Assembly: GCA_041750285.1 (NCBI GenBank)
Contig: JBGSZS010000007.1
Span: 160,001-224,000 of the forward strand
Origin: Candidatus Fermentibacteraceae bacterium
GTDB lineage: Bacteria; Fermentibacterota; Fermentibacteria; Fermentibacterales; JCC-6
Reading direction: 5' to 3'
Length of the DNA: 64,000 nucleotides
The notes beneath the pieces are model-generated. The model did not search any database and was not told where the DNA came from. It saw nothing but the letters and a program-made list of their open reading frames with translations. Below are positions 38,040 to 48,366 of this stretch, piece by piece (position 1 is the stretch's first letter; every line of letters begins with the position of its first letter). The position numbers and the translations under genes were made by a program.

Positions 38040-38756
38040 TCAATACGCCCTCCGAACCCCGGGAACAACGGGCACGGGATTTCTGAGGCGTGTCACCGCG
38101 GCGGTCTCGTCGGAATATACACCGCGGGGAAGCGCAAGCGCCGTCTGCTGTTCCATCCGGACATCGGACGAGACGGGCTCGGTGCGGATGCTGTCTATCG
38201 CGAGAAGCACCGAGGCCGGTCCAGTCACCCTCACGCGGGACCGTCTGATCGATGTGCTCATGTACCTGGCGGGGACGGGTGTCGAGACCACGGCAACGGG
38301 AAGAACCCTGCTGCCAACCCTGTCAAGTGAAAGTTCGATCAGCGAAGGTTCGAAGCCTCCCGCGCGCACCATCAGGGGAAGGCTTTCGAAAAGTTCTTCC
38401 CTCATGACGACCTGTCTTGCGACCCCCGGACTGTCCGGGGAGAGACCCCTGAGGTCGACGACCATTCTCAACCCGGCGGGTTTCCCCAGGAGCTGAAAAC
38501 CCAGCATGCTCAAGCCGTCGGCCTGGAACTCGACCGTCACGCTTTCCGCAGGATTACCGAGTACAACGGCTTCTTCGCTTGTTGCATAAGTTACCGCGAC
38601 TGGAAGGTTCACCGTGAAACCGACCCCCCTGAGGGAGAAAAGCCAGATGAACAGCGCGACCGTCAGCGCAAGACCCCACCTCACGACGGTGCTACTGGAC
38701 GGCTTTGACCTCAGGGGCTTGAGGAACCTGGAAACCGATTGATCCCGCTGACTCAA
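38040..38756 (-). CDS. YbbR/CdaR-like protein (start uncertain)
   Basis: ALTVALFIW TM, PAESVTV, VRVTGPASVL..IDSIRTEPV. Confidence 0.7.
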   Translation of the reverse strand: MSQRDQSVSRFLKPLRSKPSSSTVVRWGLALTVALFIWLFSLRGVGFTVNLPVAVTYATSEEAVVLGNPAESVTVEFQADGLSMLGFQLLGKPAGLRMVVDLRGLSPDSPGVARQVVMREELFESLPLMVRAGGFEPSLIELSLDRVGSRVLPVAVVSTPVPARYMSTSIRRSRVRVTGPASVLLAIDSIRTEPVSSDVRMEQQTALALPRGVYSDETAAVTRLRNPVPVVPGVRRAY

Positions 38757-39006
38757 TTGAATCCTCCAGAGGGCCGAACCTTTTCTCGTACATGTCCACC
38801 TGCGCCTTGAGGGCGCCGATGAAGCCCTTGATCCGGTGTGGTGACATTATGACCCGGCACTCCAGCTCGGCGGCCGGAAGCCCGGGCATGATGCGCGCGA
38901 AATCCAGCACGAATTCAGCCTGGGAGGTGTTCACGATGGCTATGTTCGCGTAGACACCCGAAGCCTTCTCGGCCCGTATGTTGATTCGCGGGGGCTGGTT
39001 TTGCAT
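38692..39006 (-). CDS. DUF3467 protein
   Basis: GVYANIA, EFVLDF, RVIMSP, YEKRFG. Confidence 0.88.
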   Translation of the reverse strand: MQNQPPRINIRAEKASGVYANIAIVNTSQAEFVLDFARIMPGLPAAELECRVIMSPHRIKGFIGALKAQVDMYEKRFGPLEDSIESAGSIGFQVPQAPEVKAVQ

Positions 39007-39084
39007 TATTCCCTCCTGTGGCAGAAATGAATGGTATCTTATGCACTGCGGTGCAACCGGGGTCAACCCGCTGGGAGGGCTTGT

Positions 39085-40071
39085 TTGTACACCGATGATC
39101 TTCATGCTTTCCGGGGCGCCAGGGTTCTGGTTCTCGGTGATCTCGTGCTTGACCATTACCTCGAGGGAAGGGTTGACAGGATATCCCCCGAGGCCCCGGT
39201 TCCGGTCGTTGCCATTGACACCAGGGGAGAGAGATTCGCCCCGGGAGGGGCCGCCAACGTCGCGCTCAACGTTCTGTCACTGGGAGGAAGCCCTTTTATC
39301 GCGGGTACTGTGGGGGATGACCCGGACGGTGAGATCCTGACCGACCTCCTCGCCAGGAAGGGTGTGGATGTCTCCTGTGTCACCGTGGACCGCAACAGAC
39401 CCACGACCAGGAAAACCAGGGTGATCTCACGGGGATACCAGCTGATAAGGATCGACAGGGAGTCCACGCTTCCGTGCAGACGGGAAAAGGGCTCACCCGA
39501 GAATGCCGGGATACTGGCAGCCCTTTCGAGCGTGGGCGCGGTGATCTTCGAGGACTACGACAAGGGCTTCCTTGGGGATTTCAACATACCATGGATCATC
39601 GAGGAATCCACGAAAAGGGGGATCCCGGTCCTTGCCGACCCGAAGTTCAGGAACATCATGCTTTACAGGGGGGTCAGCCTTGTCAAGCCCAATCTTCGCG
39701 AGGCATCGACCATGCTGGGGCGTGACCTTGACGACGCCACGACCGAAGAGCTTCAGGCCGCATGCGGGATGATAATCCGGGCCCTTGACGCCGGGGCCGT
39801 CCTGCTCACCCTTGGGGCGGGAGGGTCGATACTCAGCGTCAAAGGCAATGAGAACCCCCTTGTCCAGTCCACTGCCGCAAGGCACGTCTTCGACGTTTCA
39901 GGGGCGGGTGATGCGGTCATCGCAGTGATGGGTCTCGCATACGCTTCCGGCGTGACGCCTGTCAGGGCAGCGGTGATGGCCAACTATGCCGCAGCGGCGG
40001 TATGCGCGGAACCCGGGGTGTACGCCGTGACTCCGGAAGACATACTCAGGGAGGCCAGACTTCATGAGTGA
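39085..40071 (+). CDS. rfaE1: D-glycero-beta-D-manno-heptose-7-phosphate kinase (RfaE domain I)
   Basis: RISPEAPVPV, GGAANVA, DYDKG, DVSGAGD. Confidence 0.93.
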   Translation: MYTDDLHAFRGARVLVLGDLVLDHYLEGRVDRISPEAPVPVVAIDTRGERFAPGGAANVALNVLSLGGSPFIAGTVGDDPDGEILTDLLARKGVDVSCVTVDRNRPTTRKTRVISRGYQLIRIDRESTLPCRREKGSPENAGILAALSSVGAVIFEDYDKGFLGDFNIPWIIEESTKRGIPVLADPKFRNIMLYRGVSLVKPNLREASTMLGRDLDDATTEELQAACGMIIRALDAGAVLLTLGAGGSILSVKGNENPLVQSTAARHVFDVSGAGDAVIAVMGLAYASGVTPVRAAVMANYAAAAVCAEPGVYAVTPEDILREARLHE

Positions 40072-40519
40072 CACGGGCAGGGTGCTCAACCGGGCCGAAG
40101 CTGAACACCGCTGCTCCCTCATCAGGAAGGCGGGTTGCACCATTGTCTTCACCAACGGCTGCTTCGATCTTCTTCATCCGGGGCACATCCTGGTCCTCTC
40201 CCGTGCCGCGGCACTGGGAGACTTTCTTTTCGTCGGTCTCAACAGTGATTCTTCCGTGAAGAGGCTGAAGGGCGACCTGAGACCCCGGATGCCCCTCGAG
40301 GCCAGGGCCCTGGTTCTCTCCTCGATCCGAGCAGTTGATTTCGTCGTTCCCTTTTCCGAGGACACTCCGCTGGAACTCATCCGGGCTCTCAGACCGCACG
40401 TACTCGTCAAGGGCGGGGATTACCGGGCCGGGGAAGTCGTGGGAGCCGAACTTGTGGAGAAGGTCGTCATAGTTCCGACCCTCGCCGGACATTCGACAAC
40501 AGCTCTCATTGGTGAATGA
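40064..40519 (+). CDS. rfaE2: Heptose-1-phosphate adenylyltransferase (RfaE domain II)
   Basis: FTNGCFDLLHPGH, GLNSD, KGGDY, STT. Confidence 0.95.
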   Translation: MSDTGRVLNRAEAEHRCSLIRKAGCTIVFTNGCFDLLHPGHILVLSRAAALGDFLFVGLNSDSSVKRLKGDLRPRMPLEARALVLSSIRAVDFVVPFSEDTPLELIRALRPHVLVKGGDYRAGEVVGAELVEKVVIVPTLAGHSTTALIGE

Positions 40520-42075
40520 AAAACGGGCTGGCCGACACTGCGCTCGTCCTTCTCATATTCCTGGCGGCCTGGGCAGGTGTGAACCTCCCCATCCTTGGCT
40601 CGCCGCTCGGACGCTACCCTGTTGTGGACGCCCGCTGGCACATGCTTTGGGCTGAAGCGGTCTCCAATGGCGACCTGTTCATCTTCGCCCCCTTTTTCAG
40701 GGCTCCGCTCTACCCCTGGATCCTGGGCGGCTGGTTCAGTCTTTTCGGCCCCGGTGTACTGAGCGGAGCGCTCCTGTCCCTGACAGCCGGTGCCGGAACG
40801 GTCGTTCTGCTGCACCGGACCGGCCTGGCCTTCACCTCGCGCGGTGCCGCCTTTCTCATCGCCGCCCTATGGGCGATATGGGGAACCGCCCTCGTTTACC
40901 AGGGTTTCATGCTTATCGAACCGCTCTACCTGTTCCTGCTCTGCGCCGCTTTCTCCGCCCTTTGCAGAAGGCCCGATTCCCCGGCGCCATGGTTCCTTCT
41001 CGGTCTGGCGTGCATCGCCAGACCGGGGGCGGTTCTTCTGCTGCCGGTCAGCATAATGATGTTCCGTCCCCGGGTCCGGTCATGGGCGGCATGGTTCCTG
41101 CCCGTGGTTTCAGTCTGGGCCGTGAACACCTTTCACGGAGATCCGGGAACGGTCATCTCAAGCCAGGGCGGGATCAACTTCTACGTGGGCTCTGGACCGG
41201 ATGCCGACGGAGTGACCGCCTTTGCGCCCGCAGGCCGGCGTGAGCCTCCGGGTGAACTGCCGTACGTTGACAATGTCTGGGCGGCGAGCCTCGCACCGCT
41301 CTCCACCGACGCAGTTCCATCCACGGTATCCTCATACTGGACCCGCCTCACACTGGAACACATCGTTTCCAGCCCCCCCGGCCACGTTCTCCTGCTTTGC
41401 AGGAAGGCCCTGTTCCTGCTGAGTCCCGTGGAGATACCGTGCAACTACGATGCCTACTACATGGGCCGCATCTCCCCGCTTGCCGGGGTTCTCGTTACCG
41501 GCCCGCCACTGGCGTTTCCCGGCCTTCTGCTCTGGCTGCTGCTGCCGGGGGCCCTCATGGCGGGAAGGGTCGGGGAGCATGAAAAGAGGGTTCTGGCATG
41601 GGTGCTGACACTGGCGGCAGGACTTGCCCCTTTCTTCATCACGGCCAGGTTCAGGCTTCCCATGATACCTTTTGTGCTGCTCTTCGCCGTGCCCAGGTTC
41701 CTCAGGGTCTGGAAGAAGGGTGTTCTGATGGCCCCCCTGGGGGCTGCCCTGGGTGTGGGGCTCGCCGTTCTGACCGGACCGGCCGTCGATACCAGCGGAG
41801 TGAACATGCCCTTTCACGACGGCATGGCCAACTATTCCGCGGGGAACAGGCGGGAAGCACGTTCCCTTTTCATGCAGGCATGGGAACGGGCATCCGGAAG
41901 GACTGACGGGGTTGACCTCAATGGCACCGATGCCCTTTACAACCTTGGGATCATGGACCTCGAGGATGGCAATCCCGAGGGGGCCGTCTTCTGGTTCGGG
42001 AGAGCCCTGGAGTGGAACCCCGGCCACATCCCATCACGCGAAGCCCTTCGAAGCTTGACCCCAGAATGGCAATAG
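40516..42075 (+). CDS. GT-C (ArnT/PMT-like) membrane glycosyltransferase with C-terminal TPR
   Basis: Many TMs; VDA..H, FFRAPLYP, GGINFYVG, RFRLP; YNLG TPR. Confidence 0.75.
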   Translation: MKNGLADTALVLLIFLAAWAGVNLPILGSPLGRYPVVDARWHMLWAEAVSNGDLFIFAPFFRAPLYPWILGGWFSLFGPGVLSGALLSLTAGAGTVVLLHRTGLAFTSRGAAFLIAALWAIWGTALVYQGFMLIEPLYLFLLCAAFSALCRRPDSPAPWFLLGLACIARPGAVLLLPVSIMMFRPRVRSWAAWFLPVVSVWAVNTFHGDPGTVISSQGGINFYVGSGPDADGVTAFAPAGRREPPGELPYVDNVWAASLAPLSTDAVPSTVSSYWTRLTLEHIVSSPPGHVLLLCRKALFLLSPVEIPCNYDAYYMGRISPLAGVLVTGPPLAFPGLLLWLLLPGALMAGRVGEHEKRVLAWVLTLAAGLAPFFITARFRLPMIPFVLLFAVPRFLRVWKKGVLMAPLGAALGVGLAVLTGPAVDTSGVNMPFHDGMANYSAGNRREARSLFMQAWERASGRTDGVDLNGTDALYNLGIMDLEDGNPEGAVFWFGRALEWNPGHIPSREALRSLTPEWQ

Positions 42076-42133
42076 GTTAGAAATGCTTGGCTTGGCAAGA
42101 GGTTTTGTAACAACGGTTTCTTCGGAGGTATGA

Positions 42134-44209
42134 ATGCAGGCAGGCGCAGTTTTTACGTACCTGGCCCCTTTTGTCGCCGTGACCACTCTGGTGGTGGCGG
42201 CGCTTGTGTACGCCAGGCTCGCAAAGTACGCCCCGGGCAACGAACTGATGCAGAAGATCGCCGGTTTCATCAGAACCGGTGCAATGGCATACCTGAAAAC
42301 ACAGTACCGGATTCTCATGGTCTTCGTGGTTCTTGTGGCCCTTCTTCTTTTCTTCTTCGTGAACAGGGCCACCTCCATGGCCTTCGTTGCAGGTGCCCTT
42401 CTCAGCATGCTTGCCGGTTACGCCGGCATGAAGGCAGCCACGACGGGAAACGTCAGGACCGCCAACGCCGCCCGGAAGGGCCTCTCAGATGCCCTCGCCG
42501 CCGCATTCGATTCCGGCAGCATAATGGGCTTCGCGGTCGCCGGGTTCGGGCTTCTTGGTGTCAGCGTCTTCTTCCTGGCGTTTCATGATGTCGAGTCGGT
42601 GCGAGCGTTCATTTCGGGCGTCCTCGGGGTCCCGGTATCCCTCGAGAGCCTTGCCGGCTTCGGCATGGGAGCAAGCAGCATCGCCCTCTTCGCCAGGGTG
42701 GGGGGAGGCATCTTCACGAAAAGCGCCGATGTCGGTGCCGATCTGGTGGGAAAGATCGAGGCCGGAATTCCCGAGGACGATCCCCGGAATCCCGCCGTCA
42801 TAGCCGACAACGTGGGTGACAACGTTGGAGACGTTGCGGGAATGGGCGCCGACCTCTTCGAGTCATACGTCGGTTGCATCATCGCCGCAATCGTTCTCGC
42901 CCTGAGCCTTGGCTCCGTTGAACTGAACGGGCTCTTTTCCGCGCCGGGACACGATGCCGCGCACATGGGCCGTCAGACCCTGGTCGGCCTTCCCCTGATC
43001 CTCGCTGCTCTCGGAACCATTGCCAGCCTGGTCGGGGCACTGTTCGTGAAGGTTCTCAGAAGGCAGTCGCCCCAGTCGGTGCTTCGTAACGGGACCTTCG
43101 TAAGTGCTGGCCTCAGTGTTCTGCTGGGAGGGTTCTTCATCATGCAGGCCGGCCTTGTGCCCGGTGTTTTCTGGGCAATGACCAGCGGTGTTCTGGTCGG
43201 CACTGCCATCGGCCTTGTAACCGAGTACTACACGAGCTCCGCCCCGGTCCGCAGGATCGCAGAAGCCACGTCCACCGGCACGGCCACCTCCATCATCGAG
43301 GGGCTGGCCGTTGGAATGGAATCGACCCTGGTCCCCATGGTCCTGATCGCCGCAGCCATACTGGCCAGCCATTATTTCGCTGGCATTTACGGCATCGCCA
43401 TCGCGGCACTGGGAATGCTCATGAACGTGGGCATGACCATGTCGGTTGACGCGTACGGCCCGGTTGCCGACAACGCCGGCGGGATAGCCAGCATGGCCGG
43501 CCTTTCCGAAGAGGTGCGCCGCAGGACCGACAAGCTGGACGCACTTGGAAACACGACCGCCGCCATGGGCAAGGGTTTCGCGATCGGGAGCGCCGCCCTC
43601 ACGGCCCTTGCGCTTTTCACTGCATACGCGCAGGCGGCGGACCTTTCACTGATCGACCTCCTGAGCCCTCACGTCGTCGCCGGCCTTTTGCTCGGGGGAC
43701 TGCTGCCCTTCCTCTTCGCTTCGATCACCCTCAGATCGGTGGGCAGGGCGGCGATGAAGATGGTGACGGAAGTCAGGCGGCAGTTCCGTGAGATAAGGGG
43801 ACTCATGGAGGGAGAGGCCGAACCCGATACGGCGAAATGCGTCGATATAGCCACCAGGGCTGCCCTTACCGAGATGATCCTTCCCGGTCTCCTGGCCGTG
43901 GCAGTTCCCGTTGCGGTCTTCTTCGGGTTCGGCGTCAACGGTCCTGAAACCCTGGGCGGTCTTCTCGCCGGCGCGATCGTGACCGGTGTTCTCCTTGCCA
44001 TCTTCATGAGCAATTCGGGAGGCGCCTGGGACAACGCAAAGAAGTACATCGAGGAGGGGCACATGGGGGGCAAGGGCTCTCCCTGCCACGAGTCCGCGGT
44101 GACGGGAGACACGATAGGAGACCCGTTCAAGGACACGAGCGGCCCCTCGCTGAACATCCTCATCAAACTCATGACCATCGTATCACTGGTTCTTGCCCAG
44201 GTTCGATGA
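42134..44209 (+). CDS. hppA: Membrane-bound ion-translocating pyrophosphatase (K+-dependent, probably Na+)
   Basis: [36 protein letters not shown]. Confidence 0.96.
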   Translation: MQAGAVFTYLAPFVAVTTLVVAALVYARLAKYAPGNELMQKIAGFIRTGAMAYLKTQYRILMVFVVLVALLLFFFVNRATSMAFVAGALLSMLAGYAGMKAATTGNVRTANAARKGLSDALAAAFDSGSIMGFAVAGFGLLGVSVFFLAFHDVESVRAFISGVLGVPVSLESLAGFGMGASSIALFARVGGGIFTKSADVGADLVGKIEAGIPEDDPRNPAVIADNVGDNVGDVAGMGADLFESYVGCIIAAIVLALSLGSVELNGLFSAPGHDAAHMGRQTLVGLPLILAALGTIASLVGALFVKVLRRQSPQSVLRNGTFVSAGLSVLLGGFFIMQAGLVPGVFWAMTSGVLVGTAIGLVTEYYTSSAPVRRIAEATSTGTATSIIEGLAVGMESTLVPMVLIAAAILASHYFAGIYGIAIAALGMLMNVGMTMSVDAYGPVADNAGGIASMAGLSEEVRRRTDKLDALGNTTAAMGKGFAIGSAALTALALFTAYAQAADLSLIDLLSPHVVAGLLLGGLLPFLFASITLRSVGRAAMKMVTEVRRQFREIRGLMEGEAEPDTAKCVDIATRAALTEMILPGLLAVAVPVAVFFGFGVNGPETLGGLLAGAIVTGVLLAIFMSNSGGAWDNAKKYIEEGHMGGKGSPCHESAVTGDTIGDPFKDTSGPSLNILIKLMTIVSLVLAQVR

Positions 44210-44222
44210 GAAAGGAACCGAA

Positions 44223-44474
44223 ATGCCCGGCACACTTCCGCTGACAGAAGAGAACGTCCGCGCCGAACTGGAGAAGATCAGACCGATGCTGCAGGGCGAC
44301 GGCGGCGACATAAGGTTCGTGTCACTCGAGGACGGAACCGTCAAGGTCGAGCTTCAGGGGGCATGCAGCGGCTGCGCGTTCGCAGCCCTCACGCTTCAGC
44401 ACAGCGTTGAGCGGAACCTCAGGATGGTTTTCCCCGACCTCAAGAAGGTTGAGAACCTCGCTGCCCTTCGTTAG
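44223..44474 (+). CDS. NifU-C/NfuA-like Fe-S carrier
   Basis: IRPMLQGDGGD, GACSGC. Confidence 0.9.
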   Translation: MPGTLPLTEENVRAELEKIRPMLQGDGGDIRFVSLEDGTVKVELQGACSGCAFAALTLQHSVERNLRMVFPDLKKVENLAALR

Positions 44475-45645
44475 CTCCGACCCCAGAAGGAAAGCCCTCG
44501 AGGTCCTTCTGGGTCTTCGGGAAACCGCTTTCGAACTCTCTCCCCGTGATGAGGCATTCGCCCTGAGGCTTGTCAGGGAAACCACCGTGTGGAGGGCCAG
44601 GCTTGACCACAGCCTGGCCCGCCTTCTGAAAAGACCGATGCAGAAACTGGACGGGAGAATGCTTGCCGTGCTCAGACTCGGAGCAGTCCAGCTTCTCGTC
44701 CTGGGCACACCGGTCCATGCCGCGGTCTCGGAGACCGTGAAGCTCGCAGGCAACCGCGGTGCGGGGGGTCTTGTGAACGCCGTTCTGAGACGCCTGTCAA
44801 CGGAAGGGGAGGAGCCCGGCCTTCCCCTGCACATAAGATGGTCGCATCCTGCCGGGCTGGTTCGGAGATGGTCCGAAAGGTTCGGACCCGAAAAAACTGC
44901 CGACCTTCTCCGCTGGAACAACGAACCCCCCGTACTTGGGGGCTTTGCATTCGAAGAACCGCCACCCGGAGAGCCGGGCCGTTATCTGGATGGTTACAGA
45001 AGGTTCGAACGTGGTGTTCCCCTTCCGCCACCAGGCGTCTTCGTACAGGATGAAGCGGCGGCTATTGTTGCGAGGGTTTTCCGAAACATGCCTGGTGATA
45101 CGGCCCTTGAGATAGGAGCTGCCCCGGGAGGCAAGACCGCGCATCAGCAGGGAACCGTTCTGGTCAGTCTTGACCTGTCCCGGAAAAGGATGGGGAAGTG
45201 GCTGGACAACAGGCGCAGGCTGGGGTGGACCCATGCGCTCCCCGTGATCGGGGACGGGCTGGAACTGCCATTCCGGAGCGGATTTCACAAAGTGTTCGTG
45301 GACGCGCCCTGCTCGAACACGGGTGTTCTTCGCAGACGGCCCGGAGCAAGGTGGCGCTGGTCAACGGCTACTCTGGAATCGCTGCGAAGGACGCAGGAAA
45401 TGCTCCTGAACTCCGCAGCGGAGCACGTTCTTTCCGGCGGGGTCCTCTTCTACGGCACATGCAGCCTTGAACCTGAGGAAAACGAACTTCAGGCCGATGA
45501 TTTCGACGCACGCCATCCGGGTTTTGAAAGGCTTCCCCTTTCATTGCCCGTGACCCTCCTTCGGGATGGCGCGATGTCCTCTTTCCCGCCCGAATCCGGT
45601 GTGGACGGCCTTTACGCAGTTGCCTGGAGACGCACGGTGCAATAG
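44449..45645 (+). CDS. rsmB: 16S rRNA m5C methyltransferase RsmB/Sun (start uncertain)
   Basis: NusB-like N-terminus (LVNAVLR), AAPGGKT, DAPCS, TCS. Confidence 0.85.
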   Translation: MRTSLPFVSSDPRRKALEVLLGLRETAFELSPRDEAFALRLVRETTVWRARLDHSLARLLKRPMQKLDGRMLAVLRLGAVQLLVLGTPVHAAVSETVKLAGNRGAGGLVNAVLRRLSTEGEEPGLPLHIRWSHPAGLVRRWSERFGPEKTADLLRWNNEPPVLGGFAFEEPPPGEPGRYLDGYRRFERGVPLPPPGVFVQDEAAAIVARVFRNMPGDTALEIGAAPGGKTAHQQGTVLVSLDLSRKRMGKWLDNRRRLGWTHALPVIGDGLELPFRSGFHKVFVDAPCSNTGVLRRRPGARWRWSTATLESLRRTQEMLLNSAAEHVLSGGVLFYGTCSLEPEENELQADDFDARHPGFERLPLSLPVTLLRDGAMSSFPPESGVDGLYAVAWRRTVQ

Positions 45646-45743
45646 CGGCGGGTATCCTTAACAGGAATTGTTACTATATTCCGGAATCGGCTCAATCACG
45701 TTCAGCCCTGGCGGCACGCCACAACGCCAATTGGAGATGGTCC

Positions 45744-47141
45744 ATGGATCAAAGCGCAGTTCCCGTGATCGACCCCGGAAGGATCGAGTCGCTTCTTTCG
45801 AACAGCGGCGTCCCCGAAGCCTCGAGAGCCAGGGAAGCACTTTCCCGTGGTCTGGAGATGAAGGGACTCTCTCCCGAAGACGTAGCATGCCTGGCTTCCG
45901 TATCCGATCCCGTTCTGCTTCAGGAGCTCTACGACGCGGCGAAGAAGGTGAAGGAGACCATTTACGGCAGGAGGCTGGTCATCTTCGCCCCAATGTACAT
46001 TTCGAACCTGTGCGGCAACGAGTGCCTCTATTGCGCCTTCAGGGCGTCCAATCCCGAAATCGTCAGGCGGGCCCTGACCCAGGACGAGATCGCCCGGGAA
46101 ACTGCCATACTCGTTGAACAGGGGCACAAAAGGGTGTTGCTGGTCGCGGGTGAATCGTATCCCCGGGAAGGGTTTGAATACGTACTGAAAAGCATTGCCA
46201 CCGTGTACGGCGTCAGATCGGGAAAGGGCGGGATCCGGCGCATCAACGTCAACGTCGCTCCGCTGACGGCCACCGAGTTCTCGGAGCTGAAGAAGACAGG
46301 GATAGGCACTTACCAGCTCTTTCAGGAGACCTACCATCCCGGGGTTTACGGCAGGGTTCACACCGGCGGGAAGAAAAGGGACTACGCCTGGAGGATCACG
46401 GCGATAGACAGGGCGATGGAGGCGGGCATCGACGACGTGGGGATCGGGGTGCTCTTCGGTCTCAGCCCCTGGGCATGGGAGGTGCAGGCCCTGCTTCAGC
46501 ACATCCGGCATCTTGAGGACAGGTTCGGGGTCGGTCCCCACACTATAAGCGTACCAAGACTGGAACCGGCCACGGGCTCGGACATCGCCGCACACCCTCC
46601 CCATGCGGTGACCGATGTTGACTTCAGGAAGATAGTGGCGATCCTGCGCCTTGCCGTTCCCTACACCGGGATCATCATGTCCACCAGGGAAACCCCTCAC
46701 ATGCGGCGGGAAACCTTCGCTCTGGGTGTGAGCCAGATCTCGGCCGGCAGCCGCACCAACCCGGGAGGATACGCCGGGGGTGAACACGACGAGGACGGCA
46801 GCCAGTTCAGCCTTGGTGACCACAGACCACTGAACGAAGTCATTCGCGATGTTGCCTCGATGGGTTACGTCCCGAGTTTCTGCACGGGCTGCTACCGTCT
46901 GGGCAGGACGGGGAAGGACTTCATGGACCTGGCCAAGCCCGGGGACATAAGGATGCACTGTGATCCGAACGCTGCCAGCACGTTCATGGAATACCTGCTC
47001 GACTATGCGGATCCGGATACGAGGGTGACAGGCGAAGACTGCATCAACGGTTTCCTGGAAAGCATGACGCAGGAGGCAAGGGAGAGGACGGAAGCCATGC
47101 TCGGCGCCGTAAAGGAGGGCAAACGTGACGTCTACTGCTAG
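45744..47141 (+). CDS. hydG: [FeFe]-hydrogenase maturase HydG
   Basis: CGNECLYC, FQETYH, HTISVPR, C-terminal CTGC...C. Confidence 0.96.
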   Translation: MDQSAVPVIDPGRIESLLSNSGVPEASRAREALSRGLEMKGLSPEDVACLASVSDPVLLQELYDAAKKVKETIYGRRLVIFAPMYISNLCGNECLYCAFRASNPEIVRRALTQDEIARETAILVEQGHKRVLLVAGESYPREGFEYVLKSIATVYGVRSGKGGIRRINVNVAPLTATEFSELKKTGIGTYQLFQETYHPGVYGRVHTGGKKRDYAWRITAIDRAMEAGIDDVGIGVLFGLSPWAWEVQALLQHIRHLEDRFGVGPHTISVPRLEPATGSDIAAHPPHAVTDVDFRKIVAILRLAVPYTGIIMSTRETPHMRRETFALGVSQISAGSRTNPGGYAGGEHDEDGSQFSLGDHRPLNEVIRDVASMGYVPSFCTGCYRLGRTGKDFMDLAKPGDIRMHCDPNAASTFMEYLLDYADPDTRVTGEDCINGFLESMTQEARERTEAMLGAVKEGKRDVYC

Positions 47142-48366
47142 GGCGGGTTCATCCCCCCGGTCCTTCAGGCTGCACATAAGCATCTTCGGGCGGAGGAACG
47201 TCGGCAAGTCCAGCATCGTGAACGTCCTTGCGGGGCACCGCGTTTCGATAGTCTCGGATACTCCGGGCACAACCACCGATCCGGTCAAGAAGGCGATGGA
47301 GCTTCTCCCGCTTGGGCCCGTGATCTTCACGGATACCGCAGGGCTCGATGATGAAGGGGAGCTGGGCGCCCAGAGGGTTCAGCGCACCCGGGGTGTCATG
47401 GAGGGGACCGACCTTGCTGTCATAGTCACCGACGCGGACGAGTGGGGGGGCTGGGAAGAGCGGATCGCCGATGATTTCCGCGGAACCGGAATTCCCGTGA
47501 TCGTGGTTCGGAGCAAGATTGACAGCGTTCCGATGTCGGAAGCCTTCCGTGCGGAAATGGAAAAGAGGAAGCTTCCATGGGTGACCGTATCCGCCGTTAC
47601 CGGAGAAGGCGTGGATGACCTCAGGGAAACCCTCATCCGCATTGCGCCCGACGAGTTTGTGAACAGGCCGGCCATCGTGTCCGACCTGCTGCCCGCAGGC
47701 GGCACTGCCGTCCTGGTGATACCCATCGACAAGGAAGCGCCCAAGGGCAGGATAATCCTTCCACAGGTGCAGACCATCAGGGACCTCCTTGACCACGGAT
47801 GCATGGCCCTGGTGACCCAGGACGACCAGCTCGTGAAGGCCCTTGGCAACCTCCGTGAAAAACCTTCGATCGTCGTAACGGACAGCCAGGCTTTTCAAAG
47901 GGTTTCGGCCGACACGCCGGAAGACATCCCGCTCACTTCGTTTTCCATCCTGTTCGCGCGGTTCCAGGGTGACCTCTCCTCGATGGTGAAGGGGGCCACC
48001 GCGATCGACCGGCTCAAACCGGGAGACCGGGTCCTTGTGGCCGAGGCCTGCACCCATCATCCCATTGGCGACGACATCGGTACCGTGAAGATCCCGGACT
48101 GGCTGGGGCGGTACGTGGGGGGTGACCTCGAGTTCGCGTTTCAAAGGGGTTCCGATTTCCCCGCCGACCTCGGTTCGTTCCGTCTCGTGATCCATTGCGG
48201 CGCATGCATGTTCAACCGAAGGACCATGCTGACAAGGATCCAGCGGGCGGAAGCGGCGGGAGTACCGATAACGAACTACGGGCTGACCATCGCCTACAGC
48301 CTCGGGATCTTCGAACGGGCCCTCGGACCCTTCCCGGAAGCCCTGGCTGCCTACCGGAGCATGTGA
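47125..48366 (+). CDS. hydF: [FeFe]-hydrogenase maturation GTPase HydF
   Basis: GRRNVGKS, DTAG, CTHH, HCGAC. Confidence 0.97.
   Translation: MTSTARAGSSPRSFRLHISIFGRRNVGKSSIVNVLAGHRVSIVSDTPGTTTDPVKKAMELLPLGPVIFTDTAGLDDEGELGAQRVQRTRGVMEGTDLAVIVTDADEWGGWEERIADDFRGTGIPVIVVRSKIDSVPMSEAFRAEMEKRKLPWVTVSAVTGEGVDDLRETLIRIAPDEFVNRPAIVSDLLPAGGTAVLVIPIDKEAPKGRIILPQVQTIRDLLDHGCMALVTQDDQLVKALGNLREKPSIVVTDSQAFQRVSADTPEDIPLTSFSILFARFQGDLSSMVKGATAIDRLKPGDRVLVAEACTHHPIGDDIGTVKIPDWLGRYVGGDLEFAFQRGSDFPADLGSFRLVIHCGACMFNRRTMLTRIQRAEAAGVPITNYGLTIAYSLGIFERALGPFPEALAAYRSM

Noticed and set aside
45664..45685. Rex-like box upstream of hydG
   Set aside because: Right half-site matches poorly; only a 5-bp inverted repeat
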